DNA of 55,296 nucleotides from Chiloscyllium plagiosum (GCF_004010195.1 NC_057755.1:7453312-7508607), one strand, 5' to 3'; numbered from the stretch's first letter, positions 37,098 through 49,284 are shown. Made by a program: numbers and translations. The notes: generated by a model not told the origin, from the sequence alone.

Positions 37098-37851
37098 AAG
37101 TGCAAAGGTGGTCGCCTCTAATGTGACATGAACCCAAGGACCCGGTTGAGGCCCTCCCTAAGTTTATGGAAATTAAATCAGTCTCTGCTCAGCTACCATT
37201 CACTGCTGCCTGACCCGTTGTCCACCTTGGAGGATGGTCACCCTAAGGTCTGATGTCGAATGTCCTGGACTGCTGCAGTGTTCCCCATCTGGGAGGGAAC
37301 ACTCATGTCTGTGGATTGTTGTCTCATGCCCATTTATCCGTTGTCGTAGCCTTTTATCGGTTTCCCCAATGTACCATGGCTCATGGCATCCTTGCCTGCA
37401 ACGTATAAGATAGATAATATTGGCTGAGTCACATGAGTACCTGCACGTACACGGTGGGAGGTGTCCCCACCTGTAATGGTGGTATCCATGTCCACACTCT
37501 GACATGTCTTGCAGCACCTACCGTGACAGGGCTGTATGGAGTTGTTCTGAAAGCCGGGCAGCTTGCTCCGCACAATGATCTGCTTGAGGTTTGGCGATTG
37601 TTTAATTTGAGCAGTGGAGGTGTGGCGAAGGTCTTGGCAAGGAGCTCATCCTCATTGATAATGTGTTGCAGGCCACGAAGTTTTTCAGCTTCTGGGAAAT
37701 ACTGTCGGTTGCAGCATGTGTCTGCCTCCTGAGGAGATCATTACTGTTCCTTGCTGTGGCACGTCGGAACTGGTGGTCGATGAGTTGAGCATCATACCCC
37801 ATTCTCATGAAGGCATTCCTGAATACTTTCAAGTGCCCGTCACGTTTTGTT

Positions 37852-38163
37852 TTAGATTGCTTACAGTGTGGAAACAGGCCCTTCGGGCCAACAAGTCTAC
37901 ACTGACCCACCGAAGTGCAACCCACCAGACCCATTCCCCGACATTTACCCCTTCACTTAACACTACGGGCAATTTAGCATGCCAATTCACCTAACCTGCG
38001 CATTTTTGGATTGTGAGAGGAAACCAGAGCACCCGGAGGAAACCCATGCAGACACAGGGAGAATGTGCAAACTCCACACAGTCAGTCGCCTGAGGCGGGA
38101 ATTGAACCCGGGTCTCTGGCGCTGTGAGGCAGCAGTGCTAACCACTTAGCCACCGTGTCGCCA
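37852..38163 (-). mobile_element. HE1-type SINE
   Basis: Reverse complement of 2114-2425. Confidence 0.9.
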
Positions 38164-38945
38164 ACGTTCCTCCTCATCTGAGCAGATCCAGTGTACACGT
38201 TGGGCTTGCCCATAAGGGATGGCTGTTTTAATATGTTTTGTGTGGAAGCTGGAGAAGTATAGTATTGTAAGGTTGTCTGTGTGTTTTGGGGTAGAGTGTG
38301 GTGCTGAGGTGTCCATCCTTGATGGAGATGCATGTGTCCAAGAATGAGACAGACAGTCAAGAGCAGTCCATGGTGAGTTTGATGGTGGGTTGAAGCTTGA
38401 TATCACTGTGTAGATTTATCAGTGATTCCGCGCCATGGGTCCAGAGGAAGAACATGTTGTCAGTGTACCTGGTGTATAATGTTGGATCCTGCAGAGAGAA
38501 GAAGTCTTGTTCGAATCTGTGCATGAAGGTGTTGGCATCTTGGGGTGCAAATTTGATCCCCATGGCTGTTCCATGTGTCTGGACGAAGAACTGGTTGTCA
38601 AAGGTGAAGACATTGTGATTGAGGATAAAGCGGATGAGTTGTAGGACAGAGTTTGGAGATTGGCAGTTGTTGGTGTTGAGTACTGAGGCTGTTATCACCA
38701 TGCCGTCATTGTGGGGGATGCTGGTGTATCACGCTGACACGAGGAATGTGGCGATGATTGTTCGCAGTTTGACTGGTCTGTGGCTGCTGAGTTTCTGTAA
38801 GAAGTCCGTAATATTGCAACAGAAGTTGGGGATACCCTGTACAATAGGTTTCAAGACGCCTTCAACATGGCCGGAGCGATTCTCAGACAGGGTCCCATTA
38901 CCTGATATGATGGGACGTCCTGCTGTGTTGGCTTAGTGTATCTTT

Positions 38946-40345
38946 GGAACATAGGACATCGAAAAGTACAGCACAGAACAGGCCATTTGGCCCATAATAT
39001 GCTGAGGTTTCATCCTAATGTAAAACATAGTAGCTTAACCTACACATCCCTTAACTCACTGCTATCCATGTGCTTGTCTAGCTGTCGCTTATATGTCACC
39101 AATGACTTCACTTCTACCACCACAGCTGGCAACGCATTCCATGCATTCACAACTCTCTGCGTAAAGAACCTTCCTCTGATGTTTCTTTTATACCTTCCTC
39201 CTAATAACTTCAAACTATGAATTGTCATAACAGTCAATACTGCCCTGGGGAAAAGTCTCTGGCTATTGACTCTATGTATTCCACTCATTCTTTTGTACAC
39301 CTTGATCAGGTCTCCTGTCTTCCTCTCTCCAGAGAAAAAAGTGCGAGCTTATTCAACCTTTCTTCATAAGGCAAGCCCTCCAGTCCAGGCAGTATCCTGG
39401 TAAACCTTTGCATTCTCTCCAAAGCCTCGGTATCTTTCCTGTCGTCGGGCCAACAAAACTGGACACCATATTCCAAGTGTGGTCTCACCAGGGACTTGTA
39501 GAGTTGCAGCAAAACCTCACGGCTCTAAAACTCGATTCCCCCTGTTAATGAAAGCCAAAACACTATATGCTTTCTTAACAACCCTATCCACTTGGGTGGT
39601 AACTTTGAGGGATCTATGTACTTGCACACCCAGATCCCTCTGTTCCTCCACACTGCCAAGAATCCTGTCTTTAATCCTATATTCAGCATTCGGGTTCGAC
39701 CTTCCAATATGCATCACTTCGAATTTATCCAGGTTGAACTCCATCTGCCATTTCTCAGCCCAGCTCTGCATCCTTTCTATGTGGGGCTGCAGTCTGCAGT
39801 AGCCCTCTATAGTATCGACGGCACCTCCAACATTTGAGTCATCTGCAAATTTACTAACCCACTCCTCAACCTCATCATCCAAGTCATTATAAAAAGTACA
39901 AAGAACAGAGGCCCAAGAACAGAGTCCTGGGGGACCCCACTCAACACTGACCAGGCAGAATACTTTCCATGTACAACCACTCTCTGCCTTCTGTCAGCCA
40001 GCCAAACCTGAATCCAGATAGCCAAATCTCCCTGTAACCCATACTTCCTGACTTTGTGAATAAGTCTACCATGGGGAGCCGAAACAAATGCCTTACTGAA
40101 GTCCATATTCACCACATCCACTGCTCAACCGCCATCAACATATTTTGATACCTCCTCAAAGAACTCAGTAAGATTTCTGAGGCATGACCTGCCCCTCACA
40201 AAGCCATGCTGACTGCCTTTAATCACACTATGCTTTGCCAAATAGTCATAAATCCTGTCCCTCAGAATGCTCTCCAAAACTTTGCTGACCACAGCTCAGA
40301 GACTGATTGGTGTGTAATGGGCAGGGATTTCCCTATTACCCTTCC
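38946..40345 (-). mobile_element. 5'-truncated CR1 LINE nested in the PLE
   Basis: DFSKAF, GVPQDSVLGP, SKFADDS, LVRPHLEY, FFTQRVVNAWNALP and a 3' tail. Confidence 0.9.
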
Positions 40346-41339
40346 AGAAACGATGAAAAACGTTCACCACCTTGAATGGGAATAGAAGTCACCTTCACGA
40401 GGAGTATGTGGGATGAGGGTGCCTAAGGAACTCTGAAGGACTGGATCCAAAGTCCTGATGAATGTGTATAGTTCACGGGTGTGTTCTTTGGTCGGATCAG
40501 CCGGGAGCTGACTGTAGTGTTCCTGGTTGTTCAGCTGTCGGTACACTTCCTTGCAGTAATTTGTCCTATTCTGAATCACAATGACTCGTCCATTATCTGC
40601 TGGTTTGATGACAATGTTGTGATTGGTTTTGAGAGCCTGGATGGCATTGCGTTGAGAACAGGTGATGTTTTGCTCTACCTTGTGGGTACGGCTGATGAAT
40701 CTGGCATTTATATATTTACTGATGGTTTGAGCAACATGTCAAGGTAATTCATTATAAAATCAACTGCTAATTGATGGAAATATATTTCAATGGATGACAG
40801 TGTTAGGATCAGCGATGTCTTCATACATCATGTGATGAAGCGTATTGAATCTGAAACATGTTGAATAAACCATTCAATCATGGGAGACAGAGCAAAGGTG
40901 GGTAGACTGATGGAGTGAGATCACCTGAGCTTCTCCTGGAGGGAGCCCAAACAGACAAGACTTGTTCAATAGTTCAGTGCTCTGTTGGAAAATGTTGAAT
41001 GGAACATCCCAAGATAAAAAAAAACACAACATCTGACTTCAATAAAACTGAATGGATTCTCTGATGTTAGAATTTTGTTAGTTGTATGGTCGTGTAAGTG
41101 AAGTCCATCTTGGAATTAGGATAAGATCAGTTGCAAACAGACTCCAGCTCTGATAATATACTAAATATGAACAGAGGTCTCCATCCTTCAGGGGATGGAA
41201 TGGGGTTGATTCAATCTCAGCTGTCAAAGATTAGTCACCAGGATTAGTGTCAGCTCTTGGGATCTGCATGCGTAAAAATTCAGAAAAAAGCAACTTGACA
41301 GATATGTCAACTCTGTGTCTCCAAGGAGATTCTGCAGCA

Positions 41340-41346
41340 TATATAA
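41340..41346 (+). promoter_or_regulatory. Candidate TATA box of the GPCR gene
   Basis: tatataa ~70 bp upstream of the ATG at 41417; positional evidence only. Confidence 0.3.
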
Positions 41347-41416
41347 TTCAAGCACCCAGTATGTAACAGATCCTAATCTAATTTGGGCCGATTACTTGTC
41401 CTAGTTCAAGGAGAAG

Positions 41417-41483
41417 ATGCACCGCCCCATTCAGACCATCAGGAAAATATTCTATCTGATCCTTGGTGTGATTGGTGTTCCTG
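41417..41483 (+). CDS. GPR139-like class A GPCR, coding exon 1 (short N terminus + first half of TM1)
   Basis: aagATG, MHRPIQTIRKIFYLILGVIGVP, then donor G|gtaagt (phase 1). Confidence 0.85.
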
Positions 41484-41598
41484 GTAAGTTCCTGCAAACA
41501 TGTTATAACATAGGATGTTTCAATTTGTGTTGGATCGAGCTTCTCTTGTTATCTGTGAGTGACAACATTACACAACTCACTAATAGCCTGGACGGGGT

Positions 41599-41810
41599 GC
41601 GTGTCACTTGGCTCAGTTGGCTGGAACACTGTTTTTGACACAGAGTGATGCCAACAGTTTTGAGTCTGCATGTGCAGAGGTTAATGTGAAGGACTGTCCT
41701 TCTCAATCTCATCCCTCACCCTGAGGCATTGCTCAGTGATCATCAGGATTAAACACCACGAGTCAACTCTATCTCGATCGCTCAGCTAGACTCTGGTGAC
41801 TTGACATCGT
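41599..41810 (+). mobile_element. Decayed tRNA-like SINE in the GPCR intron
   Basis: A-box-like tggctcagttggctgga head; B-box eroded. Confidence 0.45.
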
Positions 41811-41994
41811 TGTCAAAGTTAAATGAAAAGCAATTCTAAACTTGTATGAGGATAATGTCAAATATATTAGTTTTGTACATCTTTATTCTGTTGCCTCAAC
41901 AGTATCCTGTGCTATTACATTGTGGTATCATGTTATTTCATTCTGTGCAGTTGTGTATATGACTAAAGTGTTCGTCAGCATAATTTCTTCATCA

Positions 41995-42124
41995 ATTCCT
42001 AAAGAAAAGCTTATGTTTGAAACATGGACACTCCTGTTCCTCGGATGTTGCCTGACAGGCCGTGCTTTTCCAGCACCACACTTTTAGACTCTGATCTGTA
42101 GTATCTGCAGTCCTCACGTTCTCC
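41995..42124 (+). mobile_element. Decayed PLE-terminus insert (family A) in the intron
   Basis: ttcctaaagaaaagcttatgtttgaaacatg (eroded hammerhead) followed by the gcttttccagca...ctgcagtcctcac tail. Confidence 0.7.
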
Positions 42125-42447
42125 TATGTGATTAAATTGCAAAACGCCATTGGTGTTCCTTGTTTGGGGATACATTCCCAGGCAGAACGCAGTTTAACAC
42201 TGAACCCTAACAACATTGTATTACAAAGTGCGACTTTGCCATTGAACGTGTTTTGGGTGGAGTTGGATGCATAAATTGGAAGCATTAAGCCTGTTAATGC
42301 AATGATCGTTCCATCATTTCAGAAGAAAAAATTCTGAGTTTCCTGGTTTCATTTGCAATTTCATTAAACTTGTTTTGCTACCAAGGATATCTAATCTTCG
42401 GTCGCCCATTTCTGCGGCTATGGGGAATGATTCAAGAAGAATAAGGG

Positions 42448-42650
42448 CTAAAAATGTGTTGCTGGAAAAGCGCAGCAGGTCAGGCAGCATCCAAGGAGCA
42501 GGAGAATCGACGTTTCGGGCATGAACCCTTCTTCAGGGCTCAATTCTCGTCGATTCTTCTGCTCCTTGAATGCTGCCTGACCTGCTGTGCTTTTCCAGCA
42601 ACACATTTTCAGCTAGGATCTCCAGCATCTGCTGTCCTCACTTTCTCCTC
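42448..42650. mobile_element. Palindromic PLE-terminus insert with a minus-strand hammerhead core, in the intron
   Basis: Inverted arms; minus strand CTGAAGA a gggt tcat gccc GAAA cg TC at ~42509-42536; TSD caagaag(a/g)ataaggg at 42433-42447 and 42651-42665. Confidence 0.85.
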
Positions 42651-43160
42651 CAAGAAGGATAAGGGTCTATTACATGAGAAAGTAATGTGAATTTGATAAA
42701 AAGTTCTCCTGTACAGAGGAAATCAGAGTTTAAGATGGAATCAATCATTTTCTGTTCTGCTGCCTAATATTATACAGCACTTGTGCTTCCTGGGAGCAAT
42801 TTATATCAACGTCCCTTTTATATAGAAAGTATTTCAAGCAAAATGTTGTGATGATGGAGCTTTAAAAGAAGCACTGAAGCTGCTGTAGAAATTGCTCAGG
42901 TCTGGTAGCGCCTGTGGAGAGAGAGAAGCAGAGATAAACTTTTACGCTCAGATGTGGCTTTTCTGCAGAACTCTACACAAGCCGAATATGATCCAGTGAG
43001 CTGTCATGCCCGCTAATATCATGGTTATCATTATTTAAATTCAGTCTTGTTTCCGACTCAAAACTTCGAATTGCTAAAGTACAGCATTTGCCACCTAGAT
43101 TCAGGAACGAACATTGTTTTATCAGCAATTTCCAACAAAATTCCTTTCTGTTTCTTCCAG

Positions 43161-44077
43161 TTAATTTATGCGCAATTGTGATCCTGTCCCGAGAAAAATG
43201 CGGAATCTCCACCTGTACAAAGCATTACATGGTTGCCATGGCAACGACAGATCTGCTGTTCGTTATTTTAGAGATCATACTCAGCAAAGTGGAAAATGAT
43301 TATTTCCCGTCAACGTTCCTGAACATCACCTCTGTGTGTCGTGTATGTTATGCCCTACGTCGTGCAATCATCGACTGTTCTGTTTGGTTCAATGTCGCCT
43401 TCACCTTTGATAGATTTGTTGCTATTTGTTGTCAGAAGCTAAAATTGAAGTATTGTACCAAGAAAACTGTGGCTGTGGTTCTAGCGACATCAAGCATTCT
43501 GCTCTGTTTAAAAAACATTCCCATCTACTTTAGATTTAGACATGGAATGATTATTAACCACATGCCATATTATTGTTTTAATTCGAAAGCATATTATGTT
43601 AATCTCTTGTGGAGACGATTTAAATTATTTGAAAAGATTTTAACTCCAATATTCCCATTTGGTTTAATTTTGTTACTCAACACTCTAACAATCAGTCAAA
43701 TTTTCGTGACCAATCGAGTCCGCAAGAGATTGATGTGCCCGAACAAGGGTGAGAATCACAGGGACCCAGAGATGGAGAGCAGAAGGAAATCAATGATATT
43801 ACTCTTCGCCATATCCGCCAATTTCATACTTCTGTGGGTGTGGTACATTTTAGGTTATTTTGGTGTTGCTGATGATATCTTCGATAGTGACGGTGAATAT
43901 ACGTTTAAACGTGTTTCATATATGCTCCGCAATTTAAGTTGCTGCACAAATTCTTTGATTTATGCAGTGACTCTGCCCAAGTTCAGAGAACACGTGATCA
44001 ATGCAGTGAAATATCCACTGAAATTTATTGTTCAGTTTATTAATCGGAAAAGGAGGGGAGGGGAGGTCATAGATTAA
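43161..44077 (+). CDS. GPR139-like class A GPCR, coding exon 2 (TM1 end to C terminus); spliced product 327 aa
   Basis: Acceptor ttcctttctgtttcttccag|TT gives in-frame GVPVN. TM2 AMATTDLL, TM3 C..DCSVWFNVAFTFDRFVAIC, ECL2 Cys, TM5 PIFPF..LLN, TM6 FILLW, TM7 CCTNSLIY, helix 8 KFRE. No internal stop; 67+917=984 nt. Confidence 0.92.
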
Positions 44078-44753
44078 ACTTCAGGTAATGAAACTGATCT
44101 CTTGTGGATCTGATATAAAGGTCTTGAAGGACACAATAATTGCTTTTCACGAAGGGCATTTAAAACTGATGGGTTCGAATTGAATCAGCATCAATTCTGG
44201 AAAATAACAATTTGCAGTGCTCATCAGACAATAATGGAGAGATAAAAGAATAGTGGGTGATGAGCAATGGGAATCTTGTGGGGTATTAAGTGGAATAAAG
44301 CTGGAGCTATTGACCATATTACAGTGTCGGTGTCTCTGAGCCATGTGACGGGGAATCAATCCCAACTGCTCCAGGGCCATATAAAAACATCTCTGAAAAG
44401 TTTGATCGGAAATAAAACAGTGATATGGGTAGGGTGGCTCAGTGAAAAGAAGGATCAGTTTGCATCGGGCATGAGCTGATCGTTCGAAGGTGGGAAAGGT
44501 TTAGGTGGATGTCTCATTGCGTGTTCCATGGTAGCTCAGGAATGGACAGTCAGTCTGTATTCATCCTCCATGGACTGGGATTTCAGCTAATTTCATCTGG
44601 TAAGAAAGTAAATTACTTAGAACATAGGAACATAAATATTCCTGGCAGAGGAGTAGGCCATCTGGCCCCTCGAACCTGCTCCCCCAGCTCAGTCAGATCA
44701 TGGGTGATGTTTTTGTGGCCTCAGCTCCACGTACCCGCCCCCTCACCATCACC

Positions 44754-44873
44754 TGGATTAGTGGTGCTGGAAAAGCACAGCAGTTCAGGCAGCATCCGAG
44801 GAGCAGTAGAAATGACGTTTTGGGCAAACGCCCTTCATTAGGAATACAGCATCCTCAGACATTGTTTTTTACT
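44754..44873 (-). mobile_element. Short PLE-terminus insert with a degenerate hammerhead
   Basis: Minus strand attcctaatgaagggcgtttgcccaaaacgtc; flanks ctcaccat(c/t)acc at 44742-44753 and 44874-44885. Confidence 0.7.
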
Positions 44874-45500
44874 CTCACCATTACCCTTAATTCCTTTACT
44901 GCTCAAACAATGATCTATCTTAACTTTAACAACATTTACTGAGAAAGCCTTCCCTTGATAATTTTAGATGTTTCAATAATAACCACTCTCTTTCTTCTAA
45001 AATAAAATGAATATAATCCCAGTCTACTCAGTCTGTCCTCATAAGCCAACACCCTTAACTCCAGAATCAATCAAGTGAACCTCCTTAAAAAACTCTTCTT
45101 GTGCTAGTACATCCTTTCTCAAGTAAGGAGACCAAAACTGCACACAGTATTCCAGGTGTGGCCTCACCAGTACCATTTCCCACTGCAACATAACCTTGCT
45201 GCTTTTAAACTCAATCCCTTTAGCAATGAAGGACAAAATTTCATTTGCCTTCTCAATTACCTTTTGCACCTGCAGACTAACCTTCTGTGATTCATGCACA
45301 AGGACACCCAGGTCCCTCTGCACAGCAGCATAATGCATTTTTTTAAACCAATCAAGCAATAATCCTTTTTACTGTTACTCCTCACAAAATAAATGACTTC
45401 ACATTTATTAACTTTGTACTCCATCTGACAGCTCACCTAAGCTACCTATGTCTCTTTGCAGAGTTTCACAGTCCTCAGCACACATTGCTCTATGACTCAT

Positions 45501-45806
45501 TAGATTACTTTACAGTGTGGAAACAGGCCCTTCGGCCCAACAAGTCCACACCGACCCGGGGAAGCGCAACCCACCCTAACCCTACATTTACCCCTTACCT
45601 AACACTATGGACAATTTAGCATGGCCAATTCACCTGACCTGCACATCTTTGGATTGTGAGAGGAAACCGGAGCACCCGGAGGAAACCCACACAGACATGG
45701 GGAGAATGTGCAAACTTCACACAGTCAGTCGCCTGAGGCGGGAACTGAACCCGGGAATCTGGCGCTGTGAGGAAGCAGTACTAACCACTGTGCCACCGTG
45801 CCACCC
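45501..45806 (-). mobile_element. HE1-type SINE
   Basis: Reverse complement of 2114-2425; flanked by actcat on both sides. Confidence 0.9.
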
Positions 45807-45956
45807 ACTCATCTTATTGTCTTCCACAAACTTCAATACACATGGCCTTCTAACTCCAAATCATCTATGCAAATTGTGAATAGTTGCAGAACCAACACTG
45901 ATTCCTGAGGCACACCAATAGACAAGGATTGCAAACAGAATAGACCTCATTTATTC

Positions 45957-47040
45957 GCCTCAAAAAGACGGTGCTCGGACCCGACATAGTGCACCAGTTG
46001 GAGGACGCTCAGGTGTGCGGTGGGATCCCGTCCGCGCTCACCCCAGCCCGGACGGAATTTCACATTGGCCCCAAGGTCCCGTACTTCCCGTGGTAGCCTG
46101 TGCCCCACAACCTGAGCCGCTTCCGAAATTTTAATTTTCTCTCGTTTAGGGACGTAAAAAGGAAAGCCCTGTATAGACTGCTGCTGCACACCGTGCACCT
46201 CTTCTCCCTCATCCACCGTCCGGACACGCCTTGGCGTGCCCATTTGACACCGGACAGTGGGGATCCCCAGTGGAGGGCTCTCTACGCGGGAGTCCTCCCC
46301 CTTTCTCTCGGAGATCTGGGGTGGAGGGTGCTGCATGCAGCAGTTCCCTGCAACCGCAGGTTGCGGTGGTTCACGGACTCCCAGCCCAACTGCTTGTTCT
46401 GTGGCGCTGTGGACTCCGTGGACCACGTGTATATTGGGTGTGGGTGTTTGCACTTTTTGATTTCTTAAAAACCTTCTCCTCTGTTTTTGGCTGCACTTCA
46501 GTCCCACGCTCCTGATCTTTGGGCACCCGGTACGGAGGAGGGAGGGCAGATCTGAAGACCTCCTCTCGGGTCTGCCCTGGGCCTGGCCAAACTGGCCATT
46601 AACAGGTCCAGGCAGCGGGCCGTGGAGGGGGTCGTTAGGGCCGACTGCCTGCCCCTCTTCCGCGGTTACGTTCGAGCCCGGGTGTCCTTGGAGAAGGAGC
46701 ACGCGGTATCGACCAATGCCCTGGAGTTGTTCAGGGAGAGGTGGGCGCCGCAGGGAGTGTAGTGCATCATTTCTCCCTCCAATTCTATTTTGATTTAGTC
46801 CCTACCCTCCCCTGCACTGTTTTGATCACACAGCACTGCCCCTTGATGTGAAGGGCAGTGCTTGTCACTGGCCACCCGGGTGTTTTCCTATCTTCCTGGT
46901 GGTGGAAATTGAATAAAGATTCGTGCACTTTGTGTCTTTCACTGTGTCTCACACCTGCACACACACACACACCATGGGTGCTGGGGATAAAATAAGCACT
47001 ACTGCACTTAGGTGGGAGTGTGGGGGTTTAAAAAAAAGAA
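45957..47040 (+). mobile_element. 5'-truncated Tx1-like non-LTR retrotransposon
   Basis: GC-rich; WRALY..LGDLGWRVLH..CLFC..DSVDHVYIGC zinc finger typical of the Tx1 ORF2 C terminus; A-rich end; 11-bp TSD ctcatttattc at 45946-45956 and 47041-47051. Confidence 0.82.
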
Positions 47041-47755
47041 CTCATTTATTCTCACTCTGCTTCCTGTAAGTTAACCAATCCTCTATCCTTGCTAATAAAA
47101 TGCCCATAATGCCTTGCATCTTTATCTTATGCAGCAGCCTTTTGTGTGGGGACCTTCTTGAATGCGTTTTGAAAATATAGCCATTGTACATCTACTGGAT
47201 TGCTGTTGTCCATTTTGTTTGTAATGTCTTGATAGAATTCCAAAAGATTAGTTAAGCATGCCATGTCCATTATGAACCCATGCTGTTTCTGCCCAACGGT
47301 ACAATATATATCCAGATGCCTTGCTATTCCTTCCTTGACAATAGCCTCAAGCATTATGTCAACTGGTCTATAATTCCACACCTTTTGTCGTTCTTCCTTT
47401 TTAAACAGTGACATCACATTTTCTGTTTTCCAACCTGGAAGAACGGACCCAGAGTCCACTGAACGTTGTATGATATATATATGCAATAAGTGCATACGCT
47501 ATTTCTCCCACCATCACTTTTAACACCCTGGCCTGAATTGCATTAGGGCCAGGAGACTTGTCTACTCTTAGCTCCATTAACTTGCCCAACATTATCTCTT
47601 CGTGATAATGATTGCTTCCAGGTCCACACTTACTCTCATCTCTTTGTCAATTTCTGGCGTGTTATTCATGTGCTCCACTGTGAAGACCAACACAAAATAC
47701 CTGGTCAATGCCTTGGCCATTTCATCATATCCAATTACAAAATTCCCCCATCATC

Positions 47756-48105
47756 NNNNNNNNNNNNNNNNNNNNNNNNNNNNNNNNNNNNNNNNNNNNN
47801 NNNNNNNNNNNNNNNNNNNNNNNNNNNNNNNNNNNNNNNNNNNNNNNNNNNNNNNNNNNNNNNNNNNNNNNNNNNNNNNNNNNNNNNNNNNNNNNNNNNN
47901 NNNNNNNNNNNNNNNNNNNNNNNNNNNNNNNNNNNNNNNNNNNNNNNNNNNNNNNNNNNNNNNNNNNNNNNNNNNNNNNNNNNNNNNNNNNNNNNNNNNN
48001 NNNNNNNNNNNNNNNNNNNNNNNNNNNNNNNNNNNNNNNNNNNNNNNNNNNNNNNNNNNNNNNNNNNNNNNNNNNNNNNNNNNNNNNNNNNNNNNNNNNN
48101 NNNNN
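47756..48105. other. Assembly gap flanked by ~700-bp direct repeats
   Basis: Run of n; 47056-47755 matches 48106-~48803. Confidence 0.95.
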
Positions 48106-49284
48106 TCTGCTTCCTGTTAGTTAACCAATCCTCTATCCTTGCTAATAAAATGCCCATAATGCCTTGCATCTTTATCTTATGCAGCAGCCTTTTCTGTGGG
48201 CACCTTATTGAATGCCTTTTGAAAATATAGCCAGAGTACATCTACTGGATTGCTGTTGTCCATTGTGTTTGTAATGTCTTGATAGAATTCCAAAAGATTA
48301 CTTAAGCATGCCATGTCCATTATGAACCCATGCAGTTTCTGCCCAATGGTACAATATATATCCAGATGCCTTGCTAGTCCTTCCTTGACAATAGCCTCAA
48401 GCATTATGTCAACTGGTCTATAATTCCACACCTTTTGTCGTCGTTCCTTTTTAAACAGTGACATCACATTTGCTGGTTTCCAACCTGGAAGAACGGACCC
48501 AGAGTCCACTGAATGTTGTATGATATATATATGCAATAAGTGCATACGCTATTTCTCCCACTATCTCTTTTAACACCCTGGCCCGAATTGCATTAGGGCC
48601 AGGAGACTTGTCTACTCTTAGCTCCATTAACTTGCCCAACATTATCTCTCCGTGATAATGATTGATCCAGGTCCACACTTACTCTCATCTCTTTGTCAAT
48701 TTCTGGCGTGTTATTCATGTGTTCCACTGTGAAGACCAACACAAAATACCTGGTCAATGCCTTGGCCATTTCCTCATATCGAATTACAAAAACCCCCATC
48801 ATCCTCTAAAGGACCAATGTTTACTTCAGTCACTTTTTTTGTTGTTCAGATGAAAGTACGTACCTCTCCTGTCACTGGCTTCTTTGTGTAAATGTTATTG
48901 ACTTTCAGTCACGGAAGTTTGCCTCCGTGGTCGTTCGGTTTCCATTTTCATACCGAAGCTCTCTCTCTCTTATGTTGCCTGACTGTCATTGTTAACATCT
49001 GGCAGATCCAGCTCAGAGGCTTACATCAGTTAGTGGAAGACGAGGTCAAGATGGGGGATCTGGTGTGTCAGAGATGGGGATGAGAAATGGCAGGCGCAGT
49101 CCCATTGCTTTGAGGCTTCTCCGTGACTTCTGTCCTCTACGTGCAAACCGTACCAGGATGATCTGCTCCAAAGGCTCATTGTTCACATTTTGAAACAAGG
49201 TGACACTCCACAAAACACAGACACGGCCTCTCATTGATCCCTCTGTGACAACATGCAATTCCACTACTTGCCTTTCGAAAGGTG

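Larger units (their letters stand above)
36103..40745 (-). mobile_element. Neptune-like PLE (family C), fragmented, hosting a SINE and a CR1
   Basis: YCKEVYRQLNNQEHY; QTHGTAMGIKFAPQDANTFM and RYTDNMFFLW; KTAIPYGQAQR; PCHGRCCKTC; NIIYLIRCRQGCHEPWYIGET; terminal hammerhead. Confidence 0.87.
44620..48840 (-). mobile_element. Decayed CR1 LINE hosting PLE, SINE and Tx1 inserts and a gap
   Basis: Tail at ~44620; LVRPHLEYCVQFWSP; NYRPV, QHGF and KSPGP motifs. Confidence 0.8.

Noticed and set aside
41484..41638. Continuation of the 73-aa ORF at 41417
   Set aside because: Read-through past a consensus gtaagt donor.
43088..43160. 5' extension of the 329-aa ORF (MPPRFRNEH...)
   Set aside because: Starts at TTG and runs through a polypyrimidine tract and AG acceptor; it is intron, and exon 1 at 41417 supplies the real TM1.
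48990..49280. Possible RTE-like LINE 3' remnant (also ~5660-6020)
   Set aside because: Too degenerate to support by eye.
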